From a virus, in IMG/VR virus record IMGVR_UViG_3300007538_000020, positions 30,982-94,981 of that record: a stretch of DNA of 64,000 nucleotides; one strand, written 5' to 3'. This document shows, piece after piece, positions 30,039 through 41,359 of the stretch. The translations under genes were made by a program, and so were the position numbers. Every line of letters begins with the position of its first letter. Position 1 is the first letter of the stretch. A model generated the notes under the pieces. The model saw nothing but the letters and a program-made list of their open reading frames with translations. It was not told the DNA's origin and made no database searches.

Positions 30039-32964
30039 TTAAAATATTGTTTATGTATTTTTGTGTTTCAAGAGGTAAAGCTGTTATATCTTTTTTATCG
30101 TATTTAATCCATTTGTCCACATTACCTGTTCCCCAGTTATAAGCTGCTAAAGCTAAAACTTTGTCTCCTTTATATTTATCTAATAATGCTTCTAAATAAT
30201 CTCTTCCTAATCTATATTGATGTTTTATTTGTTCTTCAGCTGATAATTGTTCATAATTATCAGGAAGAGGTTTAATATTAAAACCAGGATTTTTACCTGT
30301 AGCTGACATTATTTGTGTTAGTCCAAATGCTCCTTTTTTAGAAACAGCAGATGGATCATAATTACTTTCTTGTTTCATCAAAGGTATCATTAATTCAGTA
30401 GCCATATTTTGATATATATTATCTTTATTATTAGTTATAATTCCTGTGCTATCTTCTGTATTATCTTCGTTATCAAATATAATAGCCATTATGTTTTCTT
30501 TAGTAGGAACTATATCAGCAAATTTATCTTCAGTAGTTTGATTATTTGTTTGATTATCAGTTACTTTTTTTTTTTCGTTTTCAGCTGCCTGATTAAAGTT
30601 TTCTAAAAAATACTGAATTTGATTAGGAGAAAAACCATGTTGTTGAAGACCTTGTATAAAATAAGCTCTTTTTTGTTCAGCATCTAAATAAGGATTAGGT
30701 AATATTTCTGTTTCTAATTTATTTAAATCATAGAACATATTTAAAGCATCTAAAGTAGTATTAGCTTTTACTGTTATACCTTTATAAGTAACATCTAATT
30801 TACCTCCACTATCTTGATTATTAAAAATATCTCTTGATAATTCTATTTTAGTATCTCCAACTTTAAATTCTGCGTATGTTCCTAAAGAATTTCTTAATTG
30901 ATTTTCCATACTTTGAATATATGAATAATCTAATTGACTTTGTAAACCTATTTCTTGTAACAATCCTACATCTTCAATAGGATATTCTATTTTAAGCTTA
31001 TCATTAATAGCTATATCAGCCATCCATTTATTATCACCAGGATCATAAGTAAGAGCAAAACTAGCATTATAAAAATTATCAACATTTAATTTATCATCAT
31101 CAACTTTATCTTTTTCACTTGCTTGTGAATTTTCATATAAAAATTTATTAACTAATTTTTTCTCATCTTCAGTTAAAGGTCTATTATCAGTAGTTCTAAT
31201 TTCGTTAGAAGGATTAAATGCTAAAGCAGTTTTAATTGTACTTATAACTCCTTCTCTTGCTCTTTTAGTATCTGGATTAAAGCCAGCAGGTATAACAAAA
31301 GATAAAGTAGAAAAAGAAGTAGCTTGTGTTAAATTATTTAATTTACCTACTATTTCTTTATACTGAGGAGAATAATTACTTAAATATTCATCTCTTTTTT
31401 TATTAGCGGCTTCTATTGTTTTATCACTTAGCTTTAAATCTTTTAAATCACTTCTTAATACAACATTAGTAGCTAATGGATAATAACCTGGTTTTATTTC
31501 TTCGAAACTGTCTACTACTTTTACAGGATGTGGCAGTAAAGGATTACCTGCATTACTTCTTTGTGCTCTATATAAAGTAATAGCTTCTTCTTCTAAAGCT
31601 TGTTCATAAACTTTATCAGCATTTTTTAATACTTCTGGATGTAAATCGCCATTTTTTAATTGTCTATTTAAATCTCCTAAAATTTGTTTTACTCCATTGT
31701 AAGTACTCCAATCTTTTTCTCTAATAGAATTTATAGGTAAAACAGAGTTAGCGTAAAAGTTATTATATGTTTGTTGTTGAGCTTGACTTAGATTATCATA
31801 ATCTAAACCAGATACAATTAAAGATGTAAATCCTTTTCCATTATCTACATATTCAAAATTAACGTTAGGTATTTCTAATCCTTTATCTTGAAAAGCAGTT
31901 GTATATTGTGTACTTATTTCACTTATATATTCTTTATCTCTTTGTTCATTTGTTTCTGATAAAGCTTCTAAGTGTTTAGTCATTCCTTGAAAAGTATTAG
32001 CTGAACTTGGTAATAAAGGTTGTTGAGTTCTACTAGTAGCTATAGATGTTAAACTAGCAAAAGTACTTTCACTTGCTTTTTTACTACCACTACCACTACC
32101 ATCTTTAGAAGGAGATACTTTTTTATTCATTTGTTCTGTTACAGAATGTTCATACATTCTTATTAAATTAACTCCTAAAACATCTTCTCTATATTTATTA
32201 ATATCATATTCTAATCCTAAATCTTTTTCATAAGAAGCTTTTCTAAAAGCAAGACCTTCACCTTGACCTTCAAATAATGTATTAGTATATTCTTTATTAT
32301 CACCTGTGATAAAATTAAGTAACATATCTTTATCTATGTATTCTTCTTGACCATATTCTCCTTCTTGATAATAATAAATTTCTCCATCTTCGGATTTACC
32401 TATTTTAAGGTCTGGAAAATATGTTTTAATTTTTTCTAAAGAAGGTTTTAATAAATTGAAATGCCCTTGATATTCTTTTATCCAATCAGTTTTAGGTGTA
32501 AATTCATACCAAGATGGATCAAAATCTTCACCTTTTTTTGTTTGTATATAATTTCCACTTTTATCTAAGTAATTAAATACAGCTCCTTTATTCTCTCTAT
32601 TTATTTTTTCAGCTTCAGATCTATATTTCTCATCATATAATATATTCTTATATTCAGGATTATTAGAAATCTCTCTGGCTAATGATTTTATGTTAGCCAT
32701 TGCTTTAGATGAATTACCAGTTTTTTGAAGCTCTGTTAATATAGATTCTATTTGAGGATTATATTTCTCTTTAAACATAGTAGCTCTTTCACTAGTTCTA
32801 TAACCTCCTTCAGGAAGTAGTTTAGCTAGTTCATCTGCAGTAGTATTAGCTTTATCAAAATCTGTTTGTTTTTGATTTAATGCTATAATAGCTTCTTTAA
32901 AAGGAAGCTCTGGTACTGGATTTGGTATGTTATCTATTGATGGTAATTTAAAAAATCTAGCCAT
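30031..32964 (-). CDS. Virion cargo protein with C-terminal lytic transglycosylase (SLT) domain
   Basis: QESNYDPSAVSKKGAFGLTQIM, ALAAYNWGTGNV and ETQKYI motifs. Confidence 0.85.
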   Translation of the reverse strand: MARFFKLPSIDNIPNPVPELPFKEAIIALNQKQTDFDKANTTADELAKLLPEGGYRTSERATMFKEKYNPQIESILTELQKTGNSSKAMANIKSLAREISNNPEYKNILYDEKYRSEAEKINRENKGAVFNYLDKSGNYIQTKKGEDFDPSWYEFTPKTDWIKEYQGHFNLLKPSLEKIKTYFPDLKIGKSEDGEIYYYQEGEYGQEEYIDKDMLLNFITGDNKEYTNTLFEGQGEGLAFRKASYEKDLGLEYDINKYREDVLGVNLIRMYEHSVTEQMNKKVSPSKDGSGSGSKKASESTFASLTSIATSRTQQPLLPSSANTFQGMTKHLEALSETNEQRDKEYISEISTQYTTAFQDKGLEIPNVNFEYVDNGKGFTSLIVSGLDYDNLSQAQQQTYNNFYANSVLPINSIREKDWSTYNGVKQILGDLNRQLKNGDLHPEVLKNADKVYEQALEEEAITLYRAQRSNAGNPLLPHPVKVVDSFEEIKPGYYPLATNVVLRSDLKDLKLSDKTIEAANKKRDEYLSNYSPQYKEIVGKLNNLTQATSFSTLSFVIPAGFNPDTKRAREGVISTIKTALAFNPSNEIRTTDNRPLTEDEKKLVNKFLYENSQASEKDKVDDDKLNVDNFYNASFALTYDPGDNKWMADIAINDKLKIEYPIEDVGLLQEIGLQSQLDYSYIQSMENQLRNSLGTYAEFKVGDTKIELSRDIFNNQDSGGKLDVTYKGITVKANTTLDALNMFYDLNKLETEILPNPYLDAEQKRAYFIQGLQQHGFSPNQIQYFLENFNQAAENEKKKVTDNQTNNQTTEDKFADIVPTKENIMAIIFDNEDNTEDSTGIITNNKDNIYQNMATELMIPLMKQESNYDPSAVSKKGAFGLTQIMSATGKNPGFNIKPLPDNYEQLSAEEQIKHQYRLGRDYLEALLDKYKGDKVLALAAYNWGTGNVDKWIKYDKKDITALPLETQKYINNILNG

Positions 32965-34865
32965 TATCCTTCTAATTTTTTACCTTTATATGTAATGTTA
33001 CCTAATGCATCAATATCAAAATCATTAGATATTGACTTAAGAATATTTAACTTTTGTTTATTAGATATATTAGAAGATTGAATCTGTGCTAAAGAATATC
33101 CTCTTTTCTCTAAGTTTCTAAATGCATCAGCCATTGCTTGTCTTGAAGCATCTCTTTCTTGAGTATTTATTTGCTCTGTCATATATTGACCTTGAGCTGT
33201 TAATTGACCTTGATTAGCTAAATAATAACTTAATTGATTAGCAAAAGTATTTCTACTTTTTAATAAGTTATTCTGAATAGAATTAGAATAAGTATTAAAT
33301 AATTGTTGTTTTGCACCAGCACCTATATTAGGAGCTAATCCTTCATTTAAAGATTTTAAAGTAGTTGTTAATCCTAATCTAGATTCATTTATCATAGCTT
33401 TTTCTGCTAAATTACCTTCTTGTTTTAAAGTATTTATAGCAGGAGTCATAGCTCCTTTATAATAATTTCTAACTGTTTCTGGTTTGTTACTTTTAGCTAA
33501 AGCAAAATCAGCAGCAGTAGATAAAGCAGAAGTGAATCCTTGTGTTAATTGAGGTAACATAGAAGCAAATTTAAATCCTTCTTTATCATTATAATTAAAA
33601 TCTTTATCTCTTCTATTTAATCTCATATCTTTAGCTGGTTCTATTGTAGGTAGAACAGGAATATTAGAATTGGTTAAACTATTACTATTTACTTCGCTTA
33701 GATTAACTTTATTAAAACTAATAGGTGAGTCTATATCAACATATCGAGTTGTTGGAATATCTTCAATACCTAAAGATTCTTTAGTTACACCAGTTTTACC
33801 TCCACCATCATACTTAGGTAATTTTCCACCATTTTTAAAATTAGTTTTAAATAATTGATTAGTTATATCTTTTATAGTACTAATTGATTGTTTACCTGCA
33901 AATTTAATAGGTTCTAACGACCATTCACCTTGCTTTTTATAAAGTTCTCTATAATTTTCATGTAAAGCTCCGTGTAATTCACGAGGAGTCAAATCTTTAT
34001 AAAAAGACAATCCTATTAAATCTTTATTTTTTTCTAAAAAAGCTTTTTTATCTCCTGCATGATTATATCTCATAGCAGCTAATATAGCATTTTGTTCATT
34101 TTTTAAATCTGTTATAGATCCTCCATCTTGAAACTTTTGAACATTAAAAGATTCTTCTTTCATTCTTAATTCTTCATTAAGTTTAGCTAAATTAGAAAGT
34201 TCTCTTTCTCTTGATTCTAAAGATATTTTATCTTTTTTACCTTTATATTTCTTATCTATTTTTTTAGATAGTTCAGCAAAAGATTTATTGGAAGAAGGAT
34301 CTTTTAAGAATTCTGAGAATACATAATCTTTATAAGATGTTTCTCCTCCTTCTAATTCTGCGATAGCATTTGTTTTACTAGTTGGCATTAGGCTTTTATT
34401 TACTCCTATTCCTCCATATTTATGTTTAGGACCAGAATAAGAAAGTAAAGGAGATTTAAAAGAACTTTCTTTATTAAAAGAAACTTTACCTCCCATTTTA
34501 AATTGGTCAGAAACAGTATCTATTACATCAGTAGCTATATTTACAGCATTAGATACTTTTCCTAAAGTATCTAATCCAGAACTAGCAGCACCAGCTGCTC
34601 CTGCTCCTAATCCTCCTATTCCAAAAGAAGCAGCTAAACTACCTATTGAACCAGCTACATTACCAGTAGCTTGTCCTATACCAGCGGCTCTTGTATAAGT
34701 TTCACTTTCATCTTGAAGTGGTAACTTAGGCATTATTTGACTATTTAATTGAGCTAAGCTATCTCCTACTATAGGAATAGAGCCTAACACACCATTAGCA
34801 AAGCCAGCCATAGCACCAGCCATTTTATATTTTTTACTAGTAGGGTCTATTGGTTTTCTTTTCAT
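32964..34865 (-). CDS. crAss-like virion cargo protein
   Basis: Gly/Ala-rich hydrophobic N-terminus, HKYGGI and AELEGGE motifs, repeated F/Y-x-x-GG. Confidence 0.65.
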   Translation of the reverse strand: MKRKPIDPTSKKYKMAGAMAGFANGVLGSIPIVGDSLAQLNSQIMPKLPLQDESETYTRAAGIGQATGNVAGSIGSLAASFGIGGLGAGAAGAASSGLDTLGKVSNAVNIATDVIDTVSDQFKMGGKVSFNKESSFKSPLLSYSGPKHKYGGIGVNKSLMPTSKTNAIAELEGGETSYKDYVFSEFLKDPSSNKSFAELSKKIDKKYKGKKDKISLESRERELSNLAKLNEELRMKEESFNVQKFQDGGSITDLKNEQNAILAAMRYNHAGDKKAFLEKNKDLIGLSFYKDLTPRELHGALHENYRELYKKQGEWSLEPIKFAGKQSISTIKDITNQLFKTNFKNGGKLPKYDGGGKTGVTKESLGIEDIPTTRYVDIDSPISFNKVNLSEVNSNSLTNSNIPVLPTIEPAKDMRLNRRDKDFNYNDKEGFKFASMLPQLTQGFTSALSTAADFALAKSNKPETVRNYYKGAMTPAINTLKQEGNLAEKAMINESRLGLTTTLKSLNEGLAPNIGAGAKQQLFNTYSNSIQNNLLKSRNTFANQLSYYLANQGQLTAQGQYMTEQINTQERDASRQAMADAFRNLEKRGYSLAQIQSSNISNKQKLNILKSISNDFDIDALGNITYKGKKLEG

Positions 34866-34936
34866 ATTAAATGTAAATATAGTTAAAATAAATTAATTAA
34901 TAAAATTTTATAAAATTTTATTTATTATTTGATAAA

Positions 34937-37900
34937 TTATTTTATAGTTGATTCTAAATTTGATAAAATAAAGTTAGTAGATAATTTATTTGACTTATTA
35001 TATATCATTCTTGCACAAATATATCTATCAGATAATCTATCTCTTTGATATATATTTTTAGTAGAATTTAGTTTATTAGAGTTAGGAACTTTATCAATAT
35101 AGTATAAAAATCCACTAGCTATAATAGAACTCCAATTCTTAGAAAAGAATGATTCATTAACTGTATCATCTACAAAGTTTCTATATTCTGATATAGACCA
35201 TAATTTATTATATCTATCTGCATAGATTATAATAGGAGCGTTATTAGTTATAGTAGAATATGGATTAGACTTTTTATCTAATATTGTTTGTAACAAAGTA
35301 GATTGATAATCATTATATATTATACACTGGTCAAATGTATCATCTAAATCTTCATAGAATTCTTTATTTGAAGTATTATACTTTTTAGATATAGAAGACC
35401 ATTTAATAGCGTTTGTTGTATTTTTAGAAACATTATCTTTTGTTAATACTGATTCTACTATAAAAGGATATTGAATACCATAATAATTATTATAAACATT
35501 ACTATTATGAATATATATTTTACCATCATTTAAAGTAGAATAAAAATCATTATTATCAGAATACAATAATCTTGGTAAATAAGAATAGTAAGATATCCAA
35601 ACTTTTTCTTGTAAATGAAATGCTATTGTGAATGATTTATTTTCATAATGAGTTACATCATCAAAAGAAGGATAATATAATACATTACTTAATACATAAG
35701 CATATTGTTTATTGGTATCATCCCATAGGTATACATCATTTAATACTTCATCTTTATATCCTATTACTGTTCCATCTAATAGTTTAAACTCATTATCGTT
35801 TAAAGTATAACCTATTAATTTGTCTTCATTGATTAGTTTATAATCTTTTTTAGTTATTATAATTCTTTTATTGTTAGGATCATAACAAGCTGTAAATCCT
35901 ACTGATTTAGGACTATAAACATTATCTTGAAAATAAAATAAGCCTTCCAATAAGGAATTAGTAGATGTTAATTTTTTTAACTGATCGTAATAAAATAAAG
36001 ATAAATTTTTTTTAAAGAATTTATGTTGACCATTAGATGATATTTCTTCTAATGATGAAGTTAATAAGAATATAGATTTTTGTTTTTCAGATATTATTAG
36101 TTGTCCATAAGGAGTTGATATATCTCCAAACTTAGCATAACCTCCAGCAAAACCATTTTCACCATTAGTTATTTGATAAGGTTCTATACTAAATATTTCT
36201 CCTGTTCCTATATATAAAGGAGCTTCAATTGTTTGTATTGCTTGTTGAGGTTTAACTTGTTGTACAAATAAACTTCTCTCTGTTTTATAATAAAGTTTAT
36301 TTTCTTTAACAAATATATTTGTTATTTCACCTGTACTAGATGGAATATCTGTATAATTATTAAATAAGAAACTTCTATAGTTATCAACTCTTTCTTGTTG
36401 GTAAGATTTATTCGAAGCAGCTACTCTTGTTTTATAAGAGTTTAAACATTTAGTACAATAATTATAATTAGAAGGTATAGGAAAATAAGCTTTTATTTCG
36501 TTTATTTTAGAATAATCTAAATTATAAAAATATGTATTTGTATATACTTTATCGTTCACTATAACTGTTGGTAAACCAGTTAATCTTCTTAAATAATCAG
36601 GTACATTATTCTTTGTATCATTATAAGTTTTAGGATAATATCCACCTTGATATATATCTTCTTCATCTTCAAAGAACTCATGTCTTAATTCTGAGTTGAT
36701 TTCTGATTCACAATATAGTGTAACAATACTTCCTTCTTCCCAATATTCTATAGGAGTAAAGCTACATAGTGTAGCATAAGACCCTTTGAAACTTCTTGGT
36801 ACTGTTATACTAGAAATAAAAGTATCTCCTTGATATAAATCAATAGAAGTATTCGACTTATCTCTTGAACAATAATGAGTATCATAATATATAATGTTTG
36901 CTAAATCACCATACATTTGAGGATTATAATTCTTTAAAGCACTATAATATGATATAGCAGTAGCACCAGTAGATACTCTTAAATAAGGGGGTGATCCTCC
37001 GTAGTTATCAGCACCAACAAATTCGATATAAGTAGGATCAGGTATTTCATCTTCTAATTCTATAACATAAGTCTCTTGTTGATTCTCATTAAAAAATATA
37101 TTAGATAAATCAGAAGAAACTCTTTCATAAGGTTCTATTTTCTTTTGATTAGTTATTACTCTGTTAGTTGTTATTAAAGGATTAGTTTGAGGATATTGAG
37201 AATCTTTAAAATCTAATCTTTCTCTGTATATATAAATACCACCTGTACCATTATCTAAATCATAATTACTAACATTACCTCTCAATTCTCTTTCTATTTT
37301 TAAATAATGAGCTGTATCTATAGATGAAAACTTAGTTACAGGAGAATGAAAAGAAAAGCTTTTTGTTAAGTTAGATTCTTTTGCAAAAGGACCATTAGGA
37401 GCAGCACATAAAGGACTACCACCTGCCTCTACAACATCATAAGGTATATTATAATATAAGTTAGATACGCTTGGAGCTAAATGTTTATAATAAGGATAAG
37501 ATTGAATAGTACCACTAAAATCATTAATATTTCTTTGAACAATACTATTAGCTAAGTTAGCATTAGGAAATATAAAACCTTTATCTAATACTGTTTTATT
37601 ATTGAATTCTCTTTTTGCTCTTACTATTTTATATCCTGATATTATATCAGAATATTGAGCTGGAGGAATAATATTATTAAATTGAATACCTAATGAAACA
37701 ATTTTGTCAGAACTAGGAAATATATTAGTGTTTAATGCAGATGAACCATCTACTTCTCCCATTATAAAATGAGGTTCTAATGTAGTATCTGGAAATTTAT
37801 GATGTAATATAGGAGTTCCTGCTAATGAACCATATATATTATTACCAGAACAATCTGTTGTTGTTGGATATAATAATTCTGATTCATAATAAGCCATCTC

Positions 37901-39391
37901 TCCTGACGTATATATATCACCTGCTTCTATACTAGAATTAGATGGATTAGTATAAGTTCTAATAGCTGTATTATAAGCTTTCCATCTTGGAACTAAAGTT
38001 TGAGTAGGTAAATGTTGTAAATCTGGATGAGTTGGAAGAGCTACTAATATTTCTTTATCCCAGTTATTAGTACCAGCAGGAGGTCTATTATGAGCATTGC
38101 TGTTACCTGTAAGTTTTAAAGAACTACTATTTATAGCTACTCTACCAGGAATATGAAACGGAGGTGTTTCTGTTCCATCTGTTAATTGCCATACTATAGC
38201 AAAAGCGTAAATCTCATCTCTCATATAAGACCTTAAATCATTATAATATTTAGCTGATTTAGGAGAATAAGAATCATTAGATGAGTTTTTAGCTTGATGT
38301 ATTTTTGTAATATATTTAGAAGTTATGTTAAGAGCTTCTCTTTGAAATACAGAATAATCAATTATTTTATCTTTTAAATTAGCTATAATTAATCTATTAT
38401 CTGTTTGATCTATGTGTTTAGCTAAATAATTTATTTTAGAGGCTGTTACATCTGCTAAAGAAGATATACTATCATTAGTTACATCTATACCAGTAAAGTT
38501 ATATGTAGAAGTAGAAGAATGAATTTCTATAGGAGTTTTTAAATATACATTAGTAGATGAAGCTATAGTAGCTATTACAGCTATTCTATAATAACTAAAG
38601 TTTTGATCTAAATCAGTAATATTTAGTTTTATAGATTTATTAGTCTTTAATTCTATAGCAGGATTACCACCTTCTACTACATTATAATCTCCATTATAAT
38701 TACCTGATGTAATAGGAATAGGATTTGTAATAGAATGAAAAGGAGTTGGATTTAAATCATCATCTAAATATTGTATTGCAAATTGATATACTCCTAATTC
38801 TAAACTACCTCCTGAGTTTAATACTTTATCTAAAGATATACAAGATTGTTCAAAATCTCTAAATAAACTAAGTTTTGAAACTACTAAGTTATTAGAAGAA
38901 TCATAATATTGATCTCTTTCATCTATATCAAACACTCTAATAGAATTGTATTGATCTGTCATATATACAGTTCTATTACATCCTTCTCTTATTCTAAATG
39001 TACAATCTATAGGATAATGTATATTTAGATTTAAAGAGAAATTAGTTAGAGCATAAGTATCTTCTAATAATACAGTTTTATTTCCAGAATCATCTACAAT
39101 TAGAAAATAACCTTTAGCTGTAGAATCAGGTGTTTCATTATAATTATTAGTAACTATAAGAAACCTTTCATTATTTCCTATATTACATTGTCCTATAATA
39201 ATTAAACCTTCACCTAAATCTGTTAAATCAACAGAAGTTTGATTTCCTTTATCATTAGATAAAGAATAAGAATCTCCTTCTTTAGTTTCTAAATTTCCAT
39301 TTAGAATAAAGCTTGAAGTATTCTTAGGTTGTAAAGATTTATCAAAATCAGAATTCATTCCTTTTTGGAATGAGTTAATTGATTGCTCCAT
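34937..39391 (-). CDS. Tail muzzle / stabilisation protein
   Basis: 1484 aa; N-terminal NSFQKGMNSD, beta-rich, YMRDEIYAFAI; position after the ring proteins. Confidence 0.72.
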   Translation of the reverse strand: MEQSINSFQKGMNSDFDKSLQPKNTSSFILNGNLETKEGDSYSLSNDKGNQTSVDLTDLGEGLIIIGQCNIGNNERFLIVTNNYNETPDSTAKGYFLIVDDSGNKTVLLEDTYALTNFSLNLNIHYPIDCTFRIREGCNRTVYMTDQYNSIRVFDIDERDQYYDSSNNLVVSKLSLFRDFEQSCISLDKVLNSGGSLELGVYQFAIQYLDDDLNPTPFHSITNPIPITSGNYNGDYNVVEGGNPAIELKTNKSIKLNITDLDQNFSYYRIAVIATIASSTNVYLKTPIEIHSSTSTYNFTGIDVTNDSISSLADVTASKINYLAKHIDQTDNRLIIANLKDKIIDYSVFQREALNITSKYITKIHQAKNSSNDSYSPKSAKYYNDLRSYMRDEIYAFAIVWQLTDGTETPPFHIPGRVAINSSSLKLTGNSNAHNRPPAGTNNWDKEILVALPTHPDLQHLPTQTLVPRWKAYNTAIRTYTNPSNSSIEAGDIYTSGEMAYYESELLYPTTTDCSGNNIYGSLAGTPILHHKFPDTTLEPHFIMGEVDGSSALNTNIFPSSDKIVSLGIQFNNIIPPAQYSDIISGYKIVRAKREFNNKTVLDKGFIFPNANLANSIVQRNINDFSGTIQSYPYYKHLAPSVSNLYYNIPYDVVEAGGSPLCAAPNGPFAKESNLTKSFSFHSPVTKFSSIDTAHYLKIERELRGNVSNYDLDNGTGGIYIYRERLDFKDSQYPQTNPLITTNRVITNQKKIEPYERVSSDLSNIFFNENQQETYVIELEDEIPDPTYIEFVGADNYGGSPPYLRVSTGATAISYYSALKNYNPQMYGDLANIIYYDTHYCSRDKSNTSIDLYQGDTFISSITVPRSFKGSYATLCSFTPIEYWEEGSIVTLYCESEINSELRHEFFEDEEDIYQGGYYPKTYNDTKNNVPDYLRRLTGLPTVIVNDKVYTNTYFYNLDYSKINEIKAYFPIPSNYNYCTKCLNSYKTRVAASNKSYQQERVDNYRSFLFNNYTDIPSSTGEITNIFVKENKLYYKTERSLFVQQVKPQQAIQTIEAPLYIGTGEIFSIEPYQITNGENGFAGGYAKFGDISTPYGQLIISEKQKSIFLLTSSLEEISSNGQHKFFKKNLSLFYYDQLKKLTSTNSLLEGLFYFQDNVYSPKSVGFTACYDPNNKRIIITKKDYKLINEDKLIGYTLNDNEFKLLDGTVIGYKDEVLNDVYLWDDTNKQYAYVLSNVLYYPSFDDVTHYENKSFTIAFHLQEKVWISYYSYLPRLLYSDNNDFYSTLNDGKIYIHNSNVYNNYYGIQYPFIVESVLTKDNVSKNTTNAIKWSSISKKYNTSNKEFYEDLDDTFDQCIIYNDYQSTLLQTILDKKSNPYSTITNNAPIIIYADRYNKLWSISEYRNFVDDTVNESFFSKNWSSIIASGFLYYIDKVPNSNKLNSTKNIYQRDRLSDRYICARMIYNKSNKLSTNFILSNLESTIK

Positions 39392-39393
39392 AA

Positions 39394-40233
39394 TTAAAAT
39401 AAATAATTATAATATTTACCATTCATAGATAAATATTCTGGTGTATTTAAATTTTGAAAAAAAGAATAATACCTTCTATCTACAGGTACTAATCTATTTG
39501 TCATATTTTTAATATTCTCATATTCATCCAAAGAAGGCATCATTAAGCTACCAACTGATTTAGGATATAAGTGATTCCATTTAGTAGACCAGTATTGTAA
39601 TATAAGACCTACTCCTTCTTCTTTCATATTAAATCTTTTCTCAAATATTCTCATTAAGCAATAAGATTTAATAGCTTCTATTACATCTGGATTATTAGGT
39701 ATTAAGAAGTCTCCTTCTTCATTAACAGGATATCTTAAATAAGATATACAAATATATCCATTTTGTAAAGAAGTAGTTATACAACCATTAGGTTCTATAG
39801 TAAAAGAATGTTCACCTGGAGTATCTATATTCTTACAATCTTCACACATATACTGATTACCAAACTCAGATGTGTTATATCTCATAGGCCAATAATTATT
39901 TCTAAAGTAACTACTTGTAGTAAATCCTTCGTAATAATTATCATTATTAATACCTACTTCTCTTTTTATTTCTTCTATATCTGTTTCATCTAAAGTATTA
40001 TTTACTTTATAAGCTATCATATTCAACTGATATATTCCTTGAGGTAATACAGCTTTATGATTAGTTACTTTAGTAAAAAATATTTTATTTTCTACTTGAG
40101 TTTTAACAGCTAATTTTTCCATGGCTTTAGCTGCATTTTCAAGTACTGCCATTTCATTCCAATATTGTGAATCTAAAGAATCTTGTAAATCATCTAATAC
40201 AGTTCTTATAGATATATAATCAGTTATTATCAT
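39394..40233 (-). CDS. Tail ring / tubular protein
   Basis: GYICISYLRYPVNEEGDFLIP motif and synteny. Confidence 0.6.
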   Translation of the reverse strand: MIITDYISIRTVLDDLQDSLDSQYWNEMAVLENAAKAMEKLAVKTQVENKIFFTKVTNHKAVLPQGIYQLNMIAYKVNNTLDETDIEEIKREVGINNDNYYEGFTTSSYFRNNYWPMRYNTSEFGNQYMCEDCKNIDTPGEHSFTIEPNGCITTSLQNGYICISYLRYPVNEEGDFLIPNNPDVIEAIKSYCLMRIFEKRFNMKEEGVGLILQYWSTKWNHLYPKSVGSLMMPSLDEYENIKNMTNRLVPVDRRYYSFFQNLNTPEYLSMNGKYYNYLF

Positions 40234-40235
40234 TA

Positions 40236-40679
40236 TTATAAAGTTTCGTAGTTTATAATAGTATTATTCTCTTTTATTTCCTTAGCTAAATATCTTTTAT
40301 TTCCTCTTGTAGGTGTAAACTTATAGAAGTTTCTATTTTTAATATTATACCCTACTCTCTTCCACTCATACTTAGCATATTCATTTGAAGAATGGTTATT
40401 ATTGTGAAATACTTGTTTTTTTAATTCTTTAGATTTTTTAAAATCTATTTTTCTATCTCTTAAATGCTCTGGAATTAATCCTTTTTTTATTTGTAGATAT
40501 GAACGTAAAAAAGGCATTTTAAACTTAATGCCTTCTTTAACTAGTTTTTGTATTAAGAGTTTATTAAACTCTTTACATATATTTACAAATGTAGAATAAT
40601 CAGCATAATAAGAATCCCTTTCTGTTACATTATTCGGAAATGATTTATAAGCATCTGATAATGTTCTAGAATACTTCAT
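40236..40679 (-). CDS. IHF/HU-like basic protein
   Basis: Helix, then FKMPFLRSYLQIKK and YKFTPTR..KR.LAK; synteny with crAss-like IHF genes. Confidence 0.5.
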   Translation of the reverse strand: MKYSRTLSDAYKSFPNNVTERDSYYADYSTFVNICKEFNKLLIQKLVKEGIKFKMPFLRSYLQIKKGLIPEHLRDRKIDFKKSKELKKQVFHNNNHSSNEYAKYEWKRVGYNIKNRNFYKFTPTRGNKRYLAKEIKENNTIINYETL

Positions 40680-41359
40680 TATTCTTTTTGGTTTAATACT
40701 ATACCTTGTGAATCATTTGTTAAATCATTTAAACTTTGATTCATATATCTCATTATTTCTTCGTAAGTCATAGTTCTTATAGTGTCTAACATATAAGTAT
40801 CTATAGGATAATTTTGAGTTAATGGATCAAAACATTTACTATTATTACATGATTTTACTGTTTGTAATTCAACAGGATCTTCAAATAATCCTTTAACTTG
40901 TACATGAGATAACATGTTATTAGGATCTACTACTACTAAAAAATTATTATGAATAAACCAAAACATTTTATTATTCTTTGTTCTGGTATATTTAAAGTTT
41001 TTAGCTTCTTCTAAAGTAGAGTTATTTATTAATGTTCCATCAGGAGTATATACTTTTAATAGTAGTTGATTTCTAGATTGTATAACTCTTGGTAACTGAT
41101 ATTTGCTTTTTAAGAATTTACAATTTAAAGTCAAACAAGGACACTCAGGTAGAATACTTAACTCTAATTCAAGACAATCTATAGTTTGGAAGTTAAAGGG
41201 ATTAACTTCCTGATATTTATCTATAGATTGTCTTAATAGCTTAGCTCTATAAGACTTAATAAAGGTATAAATAAATCTATTAGAATAAATAGAATCATCA
41301 GATTTACTTCCTTTATTAAGAACAGTTTGTATACTATATATTATTTCATTTAATAGCAT
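40679..41359 (-). CDS. Tail ring protein
   Basis: VKGLFEDP, YPID and C-terminal DLTND; synteny. Confidence 0.6.
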   Translation of the reverse strand: MLLNEIIYSIQTVLNKGSKSDDSIYSNRFIYTFIKSYRAKLLRQSIDKYQEVNPFNFQTIDCLELELSILPECPCLTLNCKFLKSKYQLPRVIQSRNQLLLKVYTPDGTLINNSTLEEAKNFKYTRTKNNKMFWFIHNNFLVVVDPNNMLSHVQVKGLFEDPVELQTVKSCNNSKCFDPLTQNYPIDTYMLDTIRTMTYEEIMRYMNQSLNDLTNDSQGIVLNQKE

